Shown one piece after another: positions 28,136 to 38,274 of a DNA stretch of 64,000 nt (position 1 is its first letter; each line of letters starts with the position of its first letter). The translations under genes and the position numbers were made by a program. This DNA comes from a virus. The notes beneath the pieces were generated by a model. That model searched no databases and was not told the DNA's origin. It saw nothing but the letters and a program-made list of their open reading frames with translations. The DNA lies in the IMG/VR virus record IMGVR_UViG_3300023179_000098, positions 5,334 to 69,333 of that record. One strand, given 5' to 3'.

Positions 28136-31100
28136 CAACAACTAGTGAAACAAGTGTAGTTGTTGAAAGAGACTCTACCATAGTAATAACAGCCGGTTTA
28201 ATGGGTGTACGTGGCTTACAAGGATTACAGGGTATTCAAGGTATTCAAGGTGGAGGATTTAATCAGAATCAAGGAATACAAGGTTTGCAAGGTATACAGG
28301 GATTACAAGGTGATCAAGGTATACAAGGAGCAATTGGTCAAGGAATACAAGGTATTCAGGGATTTCCAGGTATTCAAGGTCTACTTGGACCACAAGGTGT
28401 AAGTATAAATATTAAAGGTAATGTACCTAATTTTGCAGGATTACCAACTGTAGGAAATAATTATGGTGATGGTTGGGTTTCCGAAGACGATTTAAAATTA
28501 TATATTTGGGTATTTCCAGGAATATTTAGAGATGCAGGTCGTATAGTTGGTCCACAAGGTATTCAAGGTATTCAGGGCCGTCAAGGTATACAAAGTATAC
28601 AAGGTATACAAGGTATTCAGGGTATTCAGGGTATTCAGGGTATTCAGGGTATTCAGGGTATTCAAAGTATTCAAGGTATTCAAGGTATTCAAGGTATTCA
28701 AGGTATTCAAGGGTTGCAAGGTACTTGGGGTATTGCTGGTGGATATACAGCAAGGTGGAAATTTACTAATTCAATGACAGGTTCTGATTCAGGTCCAGGA
28801 TACGTTAAATTAGTTAACAGAGCTTGGACAGATACAACTCCTGGAACAGTGTCTATTATTGTTTCTAGACTAGATTATGACTTAGTTAATAATGCTAGAT
28901 TTTTTGATTCTTTTTTAAATTTTGGTACGCCTGGAAATATACGCGGAATACTATCAATAGCTAAGTTACAATCACCACAAGATAGATGGCAAGCTAAAGT
29001 TAAAAATGTATATAATTTTACTTCTGGTACTAATAATTACGTAGAAATAGAAACAGAATTTTTAACTAGTAGTGGAGGTGCTCCTAGTTTTGATGATATT
29101 CTTGCTATTACTTTTGCACCTACAGGTATTCAAGGCGTCCAAGGTATTCAAGGTATTCAAGGTATTCAAGGTATTCATGGCGATAATGGCGGAATACCTT
29201 ATATTTTTAGTGATAATATTACTCCAATTACATTATCAAGTCCACCTTTAGGTAGTGGTTTAATAAAATTTAATAATAATAGTATTGGTTCTGTTAATAA
29301 AATATATATTAGTAAATATACTTCTGATGCTACAGATGTACAAAGCTATATACTAACATGGGATAATAGTACTTCTACTGAAAAAGGCGAAATACTAATT
29401 AAAAGTAATAATTTACAAGATGATACTCTAATAGTATTTACAGTAACTAATGTTGTAAATTATACACTTCATTTAGAAATAGACGTTATCTATAGAAGCG
29501 GAGATCTACCAGATAATAATGAACGTTGTGCGGTAGAATTTTATAAAATTGGAGACAGAGGTAGTCAAGGACTACAGGGTATACAAGGTATACAAGGTAC
29601 ACAAGGTACACAAGGTACACAAGGTATAATTGGTATGCCTGGTGGTAGCAGTAAACCCTATTTTTGGGATTCAAACACTGTAAATTTAAACCCTGGCGTA
29701 GGTATAGTTAGACTAAGTCGTGCCTGGACAGATGTTACTGTTAGTGTAGCACAAATTTATATTAATTTTACTGATGCATCTTCAAACTCAAGTTATTCTT
29801 GGTTAAAAAATTTAGATAAATACGGATCTCCTGACGTTTATTACGGTACTATAACTTTGATGGAGGAAGGTCATTCTGACAAAAGATGGTATGGTAAGTT
29901 AATAAAGGTAGATGAAGATAGCACAGGATATTTTAAATTAGATGTATTATTTATAGATACAGATGGTGCTCCACCTACTAATAATAGTAAAGTTATTGTT
30001 TCATTTAATCCCGCAGGTATTCAAGGTATTCAGGGAATCCAAGGTATTCAGGGAATCCAAGGTATTCAGGGAATCCAAGGTATTCAGGGAATCCAAGGTA
30101 TTCAGGGAATCCAAGGTATTCAGGGAATCCAAGGTATTCAGGGAATCCAAGGTAGAAGATTTACTCCTAAAGGCGTATGGAATTCAACATCAACATATCA
30201 GTACTTTGATATTGTACATTATAGAGGTAGTAATTGGTTAGTAAAAGATAATTTTGTTACTGAAACACTAACTGCTGTAAGTATAGATCCAACAGGATTA
30301 TTTACTTGTGCTCCCGTTAATTTAGCTGCTGGATTAAGGGTTAATGACAGAGTTTATATTACTGGTAGCAACGGTGGCGGCGGAACAGGTGCTATAACAG
30401 GATACGATCCTTTAGGAACTTATTATTATATTATTACAGTTCCTAATGCAACTACTCAATTTACATTAAGTACTACTATAGGGGGCCCACCAGTAACTAC
30501 TGTTCCTGGTATATTAAGTAGTCCAATGACAATTGTACTTACTAGTGATATAGTACCTAGAGAAAGCGATTATTGGACATTATTGGTATCACAAGGTGTT
30601 CAGGGTACACAAGGTATTCAAGGTATACAAAGCATTCAAGGTATACAAGGACGTCAAGGTGTACAAGGTGCGGTTGGTATGGCTTTTAGAATTGCTCAAG
30701 TTTTTGTTAATAGAGCAGCTCTAATGAATCATGAAAATATTGGTGCCCCTTCTATAATACCAGGAGAATTTGCGCTTATAAATAATCCGGATAAAAGTGA
30801 CTTAGACGATAGTAAGTTATTTTTATGGACAGGACCCAAAACCGGAGGGGTTGGAGGATATGTAGAAGTTGGTGACCTTAGTGGTATGACTGGTTTAACA
30901 GGTCCACCAGGTCCAGCAGGTTCATCAGGTTCAGCAGGTGCACAAGGTCCTCGTGGTTTTGGTTATGATCAACTACAAGGTGTACAAGGACCACAAGGTA
31001 GTGGTACACAAGGTCGTCAAGGTATACAAGGTATACAAGGTGGTGGATTTGATCAATTACAAGGACCTCAAGGACCTCAAGGCGAATCTGGTTCACAAGG

Positions 31101-32607
31101 TCGTCAAGGTGTTCAAGGGTTGCAAGGTCGTCAAGGTGTTCAAGGTGTAGCAGGTTATGGTATTAGTATTAAAGGTGTTGTTGCAGACGTAGTTTCGCTT
31201 CCTGCCGGAGCCACAACTGGCGATGCCTATATTGTTAGTGATGATAATCATCTATATATTTGGGATGGTTCGATTTGGTTTGATGCAGGTCCAATAAGTG
31301 TACAAGGAATACAAGGAATACAAGGAATACAAGGATTTCAAGGTACTCAAGGCTTTCAAGGCTTTCAAGGTTTTCAAGGTGTTCAAAGTATTCAAGGTGT
31401 ACAAGGTGTACAAGGACTTGGCGGAGCATACTTTGTTGCTCAAACTTTTACGGGACCAGCAGGACCAACAGGATCTCAAGGTGCTACTGGTAATATAGGA
31501 CCTCAAGGTACTACGGGTAATACAGGAGCTCAAGGTTTTAAAGGAGACATAGGGCCTGTAGGTATTCAAGGTTTAACAGGATTTGGAATAACTTGGAGAG
31601 GAGCATATACCAGTACTAGTGGTACAACTGTATTTGATAGTAATCATGCTGTTTATTATAATGGTGATAGTTGGATAGCTAAACGTGGGACTGCTACTAG
31701 TGATCTTCTAGCTATAATGGAAGTACAAACCGGCGGCGTATTTAAATGTAATACTACAGTAACCCTAAATAATCCTAGCGGATTAAAAATTGGCGATAGA
31801 GTAACAATTACAGGTGCCCCAGTAGCTGTAGGTGGAGTCCAACCAATAGCAAGTGGTAATTATAACCCATCAGGACTTAATCATTATTATATAATTGCTA
31901 CATCAGGAACACCAACCACAGAATTTATATTATCTGAATTTCCTAATGGAACGCCAATAGGAACAAATGCAATTCCTCCTACCGGTACAACAGCACCAAT
32001 AGCTTTTGGTGTAAGTTTTAGAGGTCCTACTGGTTTTTATGGTCAAGCACCTGTAGATGGTGGTATTTATTGGAGCAGAATGACTGCTCAAGGTATTCAA
32101 GGTATTAAAGGTGATCTTGGTTCACTTCCTACTGGTGGTGCCACTGGCGAAGCACTGGTAAAAGTAAGTAATGCAGATTATGATGTAACTTGGGGACCTG
32201 GTGGATCGGGTGGTGGTGGCGGAGTAACTAAATTAATATTTCGTTTAGATTATACTAATGCTGGTGCTTTAAATACTGTAACTAAAGTTAGTGGTCTTGG
32301 TAGCGCAATAATTAGTGGTACTCCTACTAATACTGCCTCAAAAATAGAAATAACATTATCTGGATTTACATTACCACCAATTGGTATAATAGGTTATGGA
32401 TATAACTCAACTAGTGGTTATCAACCAGTTTCTGTAGGTACGACCTTTTTAACAAGAAGTTTAATACCAAGTACTGGAACTACACCTGACGCTTTTAGTG
32501 CATTTGATCCATCAATACATAAACTAACTTTAGATACTAGTCCAGGAATTTATGGTACATCTAATGCAGCAAATAGACATGCATATGTAATATTATATGG
32601 AGTATAG
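28132..32607 (+). CDS. Collagen-like (Gly-X-Gln) modular fibre protein 1
   Basis: Many (GIQ)n tracts separating globular modules. Confidence 0.85.
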   Translation: MTTTSETSVVVERDSTIVITAGLMGVRGLQGLQGIQGIQGGGFNQNQGIQGLQGIQGLQGDQGIQGAIGQGIQGIQGFPGIQGLLGPQGVSINIKGNVPNFAGLPTVGNNYGDGWVSEDDLKLYIWVFPGIFRDAGRIVGPQGIQGIQGRQGIQSIQGIQGIQGIQGIQGIQGIQGIQSIQGIQGIQGIQGIQGLQGTWGIAGGYTARWKFTNSMTGSDSGPGYVKLVNRAWTDTTPGTVSIIVSRLDYDLVNNARFFDSFLNFGTPGNIRGILSIAKLQSPQDRWQAKVKNVYNFTSGTNNYVEIETEFLTSSGGAPSFDDILAITFAPTGIQGVQGIQGIQGIQGIHGDNGGIPYIFSDNITPITLSSPPLGSGLIKFNNNSIGSVNKIYISKYTSDATDVQSYILTWDNSTSTEKGEILIKSNNLQDDTLIVFTVTNVVNYTLHLEIDVIYRSGDLPDNNERCAVEFYKIGDRGSQGLQGIQGIQGTQGTQGTQGIIGMPGGSSKPYFWDSNTVNLNPGVGIVRLSRAWTDVTVSVAQIYINFTDASSNSSYSWLKNLDKYGSPDVYYGTITLMEEGHSDKRWYGKLIKVDEDSTGYFKLDVLFIDTDGAPPTNNSKVIVSFNPAGIQGIQGIQGIQGIQGIQGIQGIQGIQGIQGIQGIQGIQGIQGIQGRRFTPKGVWNSTSTYQYFDIVHYRGSNWLVKDNFVTETLTAVSIDPTGLFTCAPVNLAAGLRVNDRVYITGSNGGGGTGAITGYDPLGTYYYIITVPNATTQFTLSTTIGGPPVTTVPGILSSPMTIVLTSDIVPRESDYWTLLVSQGVQGTQGIQGIQSIQGIQGRQGVQGAVGMAFRIAQVFVNRAALMNHENIGAPSIIPGEFALINNPDKSDLDDSKLFLWTGPKTGGVGGYVEVGDLSGMTGLTGPPGPAGSSGSAGAQGPRGFGYDQLQGVQGPQGSGTQGRQGIQGIQGGGFDQLQGPQGPQGESGSQGRQGVQGLQGRQGVQGVAGYGISIKGVVADVVSLPAGATTGDAYIVSDDNHLYIWDGSIWFDAGPISVQGIQGIQGIQGFQGTQGFQGFQGFQGVQSIQGVQGVQGLGGAYFVAQTFTGPAGPTGSQGATGNIGPQGTTGNTGAQGFKGDIGPVGIQGLTGFGITWRGAYTSTSGTTVFDSNHAVYYNGDSWIAKRGTATSDLLAIMEVQTGGVFKCNTTVTLNNPSGLKIGDRVTITGAPVAVGGVQPIASGNYNPSGLNHYYIIATSGTPTTEFILSEFPNGTPIGTNAIPPTGTTAPIAFGVSFRGPTGFYGQAPVDGGIYWSRMTAQGIQGIKGDLGSLPTGGATGEALVKVSNADYDVTWGPGGSGGGGGVTKLIFRLDYTNAGALNTVTKVSGLGSAIISGTPTNTASKIEITLSGFTLPPIGIIGYGYNSTSGYQPVSVGTTFLTRSLIPSTGTTPDAFSAFDPSIHKLTLDTSPGIYGTSNAANRHAYVILYGV
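30025..30150 (+). repeat. Perfect 18-bp tandem repeat x7
   Basis: GGTATTCAGGGAATCCAA repeated seven times without mismatch (encodes GIQGIQ). Confidence 0.95.
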
Positions 32608-32609
32608 TT

Positions 32610-35600
32610 ATGGCTGTAATATCGTGGAAAACTAATGCAGCACAACTAGGAATTCCACCTAAAATTATTAAAGGAACCGTAACACAAGTAGTGGGTAAAG
32701 ACTTTTGGCTTTACCCCTATTCTCAAAACGATCAATTTTGGGCTGGTGGTGTTACTCCAAAATATTATACATTTGTTATAACTTTTAGTATTACTCCTAC
32801 CCAACATGAAAGTAGTTTAACTAGAATCGCTAATTACTATGATGGACTTGATATAGAAGTTGGTGATTTTGTTGGTGGAATAACAAATAACAAATTTTTG
32901 CAAGTAACTGCAATACTAAATAAAAATAGTGATGAAATTGTTGCAGTATGTGAAGATAGATTAAGATATAATGCATTTTTATACCTAAATCCTAGTATAG
33001 ACACTGGCGAAGATGTAATATTCTTTCAAATTAATGAAAGAGGACAGCCAATAGTAGACCCAGTACCAAATACAATTACTAGTGAAATTTTTAGTATAAG
33101 TCTAGCTAGCTATTTTCAATATTTAAATCCAGCTGAAAATTATTTATTAGAACAAGATAATCATAATTTTAAAATTGGAGAACCTGTTAGTGTAGACAAC
33201 GGCATATTTCAAAAAAGTAATAGTTCTAATATAGATAAATATATCGGTACAGTAACACAAGCAGGACCCGGTCCTAATAAATTTTTATTAAGACCTAATA
33301 ATGGTATAATTGATTATGTACCAGGACTTCCTGGTAATGTAGGTGACTTTATATTTTTAGATGATACAACTGGAAATTTAGTTACTATATCTACTATAGA
33401 AAGAGCATTATTTATTAAGTTAGCTAATGCTATACCTACAAGTACATCAAGTGTTATAGCTAATATAGATGCTACTGATGGTGATGTAGTCAGAATAAAT
33501 GGCGTAGATATTACACTTAATTCTTTAGGCGCAACAGCTCAAGTACCTATAACAGATATTATATTTACAATAAATAATTATACTATTTATCATAATGTAA
33601 CAGCAAGACAAATATGGAGACCAACTCAAACTATAACTGACTTTGCCCAAGTTACCGCTAGCTCTGGAGAAATATTCGCAAAAGTACCATTTATAGGGGT
33701 TATAAATGGTTTTTCTGTTTTATTTGATACACATATAAATGGTGATATTTATACAGCTACACCAGGTAATTTATTTGCTACAACAGCCGATTTAGCATAT
33801 GATATTAATAGAGCAGGTATAGCCTATATAGAAGCTAGTGTTGGACCTTTAGGTGAATTAATACTAACTAATACTGAAGGCGGTAATATTACCGTTTCTA
33901 ATCTTTCTCCTAATCCTGATGGATTTACTTTTAAAGAAATAACTGGACTTTTTAGTGTAAATAATACTTATACTGAGCAACTGCTATTATTATCAAGGGC
34001 TGATGGAGGGCCTATTATATTAGCAGATCTAGTAGGTAGTTATTTTAGTACAATAGATATTGATAGTACTCAAAATGGTAGATATGCTTTAGGATTAAGA
34101 ATAGAAGGTGGCGGTGGTTTAACTGGTTCTCAAGGTACAGCAGGTTGGCAAGGATTTCAAGGCATACAAGGCATACAAGGCATACAAGGTATACAAGGAA
34201 TTCAAGGTGGTGGATATAATCAAGCTAGTGGTACTCAAGGTGCTCAAGGTGGTCAAGGTACACGTGGACCTATTGGATCACAAGGCTTAACTGGCGTTGG
34301 CGCAGATGGTTCACAAGGTCGTCAGGGTATTCAAGGTGCAACAGGTCAGGGCTTACAAGGAATACAAGGATATCAAGGCTATCAAGGTATACAAGGTATA
34401 CAAGGTATACAAGGTATACAGGGCGAACAAGGTATACAAGGTGCACAAGGATTTGGTTATCAACAAAATCAAGGTATACAAGGTATACAAGGTCCTGGTT
34501 CAGCCGGTGCAATTGGTTATACATATTATACGTATACTGGAGATGGTTTACAAGTACTTTTCTATGGAGGCCTTGGAGCCAATTTAGAAAATGTACTAGT
34601 AACATTAAATGGAGTTAGTCAAACTCCGGGTACTGATTTTGGTATATACTTAGATGAAGTAGTATTTACAGTTGCTCCTCCTTTAGGTACAAAAATACTT
34701 ATTAGACTATTAGGTGCCGAAGGTATACAAGGTACTCAAGGTACTCAAGGTACTCAAGGTTTTGGATATAAACAAAATCAAGGTATTCAGGGTATTCAAG
34801 GTTTACAGGGTATTCAAGGTATTCAAGGTATTCAAGGTATTGAATTTAGAGTATCTGCCGGATTACTTCCTCCTACATCTCCAAGAGTAGGAGATCTTTG
34901 GTGGGCTACTGATATAGCTGTAATGTTCTTTTACTATTTTGATGGTGATACTTATCAGTGGGTTACAGCTAATGTAGGTTCTAGTGGAATACAAGGTATA
35001 CAAGGTGTACAGGGTTGGCAAGGCGTTCAAGGTATTCAAGGTGTTCAAGGTATTCAAAGTATACAAGGTATTCAAGGTATAAGTGGATCCGCTGTAGCAA
35101 AAGGTGACAGCATTGTTTGGAAAGGTATATACGATTCTGCTACTGCTTATGTATTAAATGATGCAGTTTATTATAATGGCGGTAGCTATATATTTGTAAA
35201 TACTACAACTGCTACAGCACAACCACCTATAACTGGTACAACAGTAAATTCTACATATTGGAATCTTATGACTGCTCAAGGCGTGCAAGGACGTCAAGGC
35301 GTGCAAGGATTTCAAGGCATACAAGGCGTACAAGGACGTCAAGGTATTCAGAGTATACAAGGTATACAAGGTGTACAAGGATTCGGATCAGTTCTTAGAG
35401 GCTCGTATAGTTCAACAACTACTTATTATAAAAATGACATTGTTTTTTATATTGCAGATAGTTATGCCTATATTAATAGTACTCCTGCTGTTAATCAAAC
35501 ACCTATTATAACTGGATATGAACTTAGTTTATCTAATGCTGGATTTAATGCAGTAAATCAAACGTATACAAAAGATAGTGCTACTGTTTTTCAAGGAAGT

Positions 35601-36317
35601 GGTGGAGTAGTTATTGAAGAAGTTAGCGGTAGCTGGGAATGTAGATATGGAGGAGTAGTTTACTATACTTCTACTGATTTAATAAATTGGACAGATATAT
35701 TAGGAAATAGTCCAGCTCCTACCGGTACCTTATCTACTAGTGCTGGTGTTTTAAATACCGCATATTGGAGTAGATTGACTAAATATAGTCAAGGTATACA
35801 AGGTATACAAGGTATACAAGGTAGACAAGGCATACAAGGTGTACAAGGTTTAGCTGGAGATGCTTATGTAGGAGCTCTTGTAAAAGGAGATGAAGGTAGG
35901 CAAGGCATACAAGGCATACAAGGTATGTACGGAACTGCTTTAAGTCCTAGATATACTAAAGTAGTTACAACTACAACTTTAAATACAAATTCTGGTGTTA
36001 ATATTGATGTTCCTGCATTTACTGGATATGCTATTTATAAGATAGAAGTTGATAGAGCTGCTTGGGTTCGTGTGTATACTGATAGTCTTAGTAGAACACT
36101 TGATCAAACTAGATTAGAAGCAAATGATCCAAGTTTTGATTCTGGTTTAATTGCTGAAATAATTACTTCAGGAGCAAGAGTTGTTACACTTATGCCAGTA
36201 GTACTAGGATTTAATGATGAAACCCCTCCACAAGAAATTATGCCTGTTAGAATAGTTAATAGAGGGGGTGCTGCTACTGTAACCGCTATTTTTACTATTA
36301 TTAGAACAGAGATATAA
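32610..36317 (+). CDS. Collagen-like (Gly-X-Gln) modular fibre protein 2
   Basis: About 500-aa globular N-terminus, then GXQ tracts; modules VLVTLNGVSQTPGTDF and WKGIYDS.T.Y..ND.V; C-terminal AAWVRVYTD..SR..D..R...DP domain. Confidence 0.85.
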   Translation: MAVISWKTNAAQLGIPPKIIKGTVTQVVGKDFWLYPYSQNDQFWAGGVTPKYYTFVITFSITPTQHESSLTRIANYYDGLDIEVGDFVGGITNNKFLQVTAILNKNSDEIVAVCEDRLRYNAFLYLNPSIDTGEDVIFFQINERGQPIVDPVPNTITSEIFSISLASYFQYLNPAENYLLEQDNHNFKIGEPVSVDNGIFQKSNSSNIDKYIGTVTQAGPGPNKFLLRPNNGIIDYVPGLPGNVGDFIFLDDTTGNLVTISTIERALFIKLANAIPTSTSSVIANIDATDGDVVRINGVDITLNSLGATAQVPITDIIFTINNYTIYHNVTARQIWRPTQTITDFAQVTASSGEIFAKVPFIGVINGFSVLFDTHINGDIYTATPGNLFATTADLAYDINRAGIAYIEASVGPLGELILTNTEGGNITVSNLSPNPDGFTFKEITGLFSVNNTYTEQLLLLSRADGGPIILADLVGSYFSTIDIDSTQNGRYALGLRIEGGGGLTGSQGTAGWQGFQGIQGIQGIQGIQGIQGGGYNQASGTQGAQGGQGTRGPIGSQGLTGVGADGSQGRQGIQGATGQGLQGIQGYQGYQGIQGIQGIQGIQGEQGIQGAQGFGYQQNQGIQGIQGPGSAGAIGYTYYTYTGDGLQVLFYGGLGANLENVLVTLNGVSQTPGTDFGIYLDEVVFTVAPPLGTKILIRLLGAEGIQGTQGTQGTQGFGYKQNQGIQGIQGLQGIQGIQGIQGIEFRVSAGLLPPTSPRVGDLWWATDIAVMFFYYFDGDTYQWVTANVGSSGIQGIQGVQGWQGVQGIQGVQGIQSIQGIQGISGSAVAKGDSIVWKGIYDSATAYVLNDAVYYNGGSYIFVNTTTATAQPPITGTTVNSTYWNLMTAQGVQGRQGVQGFQGIQGVQGRQGIQSIQGIQGVQGFGSVLRGSYSSTTTYYKNDIVFYIADSYAYINSTPAVNQTPIITGYELSLSNAGFNAVNQTYTKDSATVFQGSGGVVIEEVSGSWECRYGGVVYYTSTDLINWTDILGNSPAPTGTLSTSAGVLNTAYWSRLTKYSQGIQGIQGIQGRQGIQGVQGLAGDAYVGALVKGDEGRQGIQGIQGMYGTALSPRYTKVVTTTTLNTNSGVNIDVPAFTGYAIYKIEVDRAAWVRVYTDSLSRTLDQTRLEANDPSFDSGLIAEIITSGARVVTLMPVVLGFNDETPPQEIMPVRIVNRGGAATVTAIFTIIRTEI

Positions 36318-36318
36318 T

Positions 36319-38256
36319 GTGGAAAAAGAATATATTGTAATATTAAAAAATGCAGCAGATTTAGATCAATTCTATGAAGATATGGAATCTCGTTATGGTG
36401 ATAACGAAATTCCTGCTAGAATTATAGAATGCGCTGCAAGAAGATCTACAAGCAGAAGTACACATTATTATCTTACAGATGAAGAAGCAGAACAAATAAA
36501 AAAAGACAGTAGAGTTTTAGATGTAACTAGAATTATAAAAGATACTAAATCTAGATCGAGATTAACTGGTTTAAATTTTGATCCTAGACAAACTTGGAAT
36601 TATTATTATCCTGCTATTGCAGGAGATAGTAGAAGTTATAGCGGCTGGAATAAATTAGAATTTAATAATGATATATGGGAGCTTTTTCCTGGTAGCACTA
36701 ATCCTAATTTAAAAGGAAAAAGAGGTGCCTTTTACGGTAGTCATGCTTGGGTAAACTGGGGCTTATTAAGATGTACAAAAAGAGCTCAAATTCCTAATTG
36801 GGGATCAGATGGAAACCCAGAAGTATTTGAATCTATAGAATTAGGTGTACTGGGAGAAAATGTTGATGTAATAATAGCAGACGGATTAGCCGATAAAAAC
36901 CATGTAGAATTTAAAATTAATGTTGATGGAACAGGTATAAGTTCTAGATACAAATATTATAATTGGTTTTTACATAATTCTACTGTTAGAGGTATAACTA
37001 GTACTGAGTTTCCAAATTATAGTATTACAACTCCACTTGCTATAAATGCCGAAAATGATCATGGTACTATGGTTAGTTCAATAGTTGCTGGAAATACTTG
37101 TGGATGGGCTAGAAAAGCTAATATTTATAATATTCCTTTTAATGATTATTGGTTAGGCTGGTATTATAATCCTGGTAACAGTGCTGGATATGAGTATGAT
37201 GTAATTAATTATATAAGAGAATTTCATAGATATAAGCCAGTAAATCCAATAACTAATCGTAAAAATCCTACCATTGTTAATATGAGTTATGGTTATGCAT
37301 TACCCACTGATATGGATTCATATCAGCATATTTGGTTTATGAACAAAAAATATAGTAGACCAGGAAATAGTTGGATAAATATTAATGGTAAACTAGATCT
37401 GACAGCAAGATTTAAATTTGGTTTAATAGATGGTTATGCTGATTTAAATGAAAATTTTATATTCTATGCTACAAGAGTTCCTACTATTGATCAAGATATT
37501 ATTGATGGTATAGCCGAAGGCATTATATTTGTAGCTGCTGCTGGAAATTCGTATAATTATGTAGATATACCAACAGGTGCTCATTATAATAATAGATTAG
37601 TTATTTCTAATGAAACTACTTTTACTGACGATCAATACTTTCATAGAGGCGCTAGCCCTGGAGCTTGTCCAGGAGTAATTATGGTTAGTGCCGTAGACTG
37701 TACAAAAGTAGAAAGAAAAGCAAGTTTTAGTTGTGCCGGACCTAGAACCAGTATATTTGCACCAGGTGTAGGAATTACTGGAGCTGGAGTAGGAGCTTAT
37801 GCTTATGATGAAAAAGAAAGTACTATAGATACAAGAACTGCTCAATTAGATAGTTCTGGAAAGTTTATACCTAAGCCTCCATTTACTCAAATGCAGTATA
37901 AAACTAGAGCGCCTGGAACCAGTTTTGCATGTCCACAAGTAACAGGTGTTTTAGCTTGTATACTGGAAGCATATCCTACACTTAATCAAGCACAAATAAC
38001 AGCTAAAATGCTTGAAATGGCTACTAAAAATCAATTATTAAATGAATCACCAGCATTTAATCCCAGTTATTCAAATACGCATTTTGGAAGAACTAATACA
38101 ACAACATATGGTGCTCCTAATTTATATTTAGGATATGTTTCTCCAGCAGTAAGCCAAGCCGCCTCAGCTACACAAAAATTTCCTAAATCTAATAATGGTA
38201 TTAGAAGCAGTGATGGACAAACTTGGCCTAGAGCTAAGTTTTATAGACAATCTTAA
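36319..38256 (+). CDS. Subtilisin-like (S8) serine protease
   Basis: GTG start. Catalytic motifs VDVIIADG, HGTMVSSIVAG, AAAGN and GTSFACPQV are all present. N-terminal prodomain-like region EYIV.LK...THY.LT.EEA. Confidence 0.92.
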   Translation: MEKEYIVILKNAADLDQFYEDMESRYGDNEIPARIIECAARRSTSRSTHYYLTDEEAEQIKKDSRVLDVTRIIKDTKSRSRLTGLNFDPRQTWNYYYPAIAGDSRSYSGWNKLEFNNDIWELFPGSTNPNLKGKRGAFYGSHAWVNWGLLRCTKRAQIPNWGSDGNPEVFESIELGVLGENVDVIIADGLADKNHVEFKINVDGTGISSRYKYYNWFLHNSTVRGITSTEFPNYSITTPLAINAENDHGTMVSSIVAGNTCGWARKANIYNIPFNDYWLGWYYNPGNSAGYEYDVINYIREFHRYKPVNPITNRKNPTIVNMSYGYALPTDMDSYQHIWFMNKKYSRPGNSWININGKLDLTARFKFGLIDGYADLNENFIFYATRVPTIDQDIIDGIAEGIIFVAAAGNSYNYVDIPTGAHYNNRLVISNETTFTDDQYFHRGASPGACPGVIMVSAVDCTKVERKASFSCAGPRTSIFAPGVGITGAGVGAYAYDEKESTIDTRTAQLDSSGKFIPKPPFTQMQYKTRAPGTSFACPQVTGVLACILEAYPTLNQAQITAKMLEMATKNQLLNESPAFNPSYSNTHFGRTNTTTYGAPNLYLGYVSPAVSQAASATQKFPKSNNGIRSSDGQTWPRAKFYRQS

Positions 38257-38274
38257 TAAGGATTTAAATATAAA

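Noticed and set aside
30025-30150. Possible CRISPR array
   Set aside because: Head-to-tail repeats with no spacers, inside a CDS; no cas genes.
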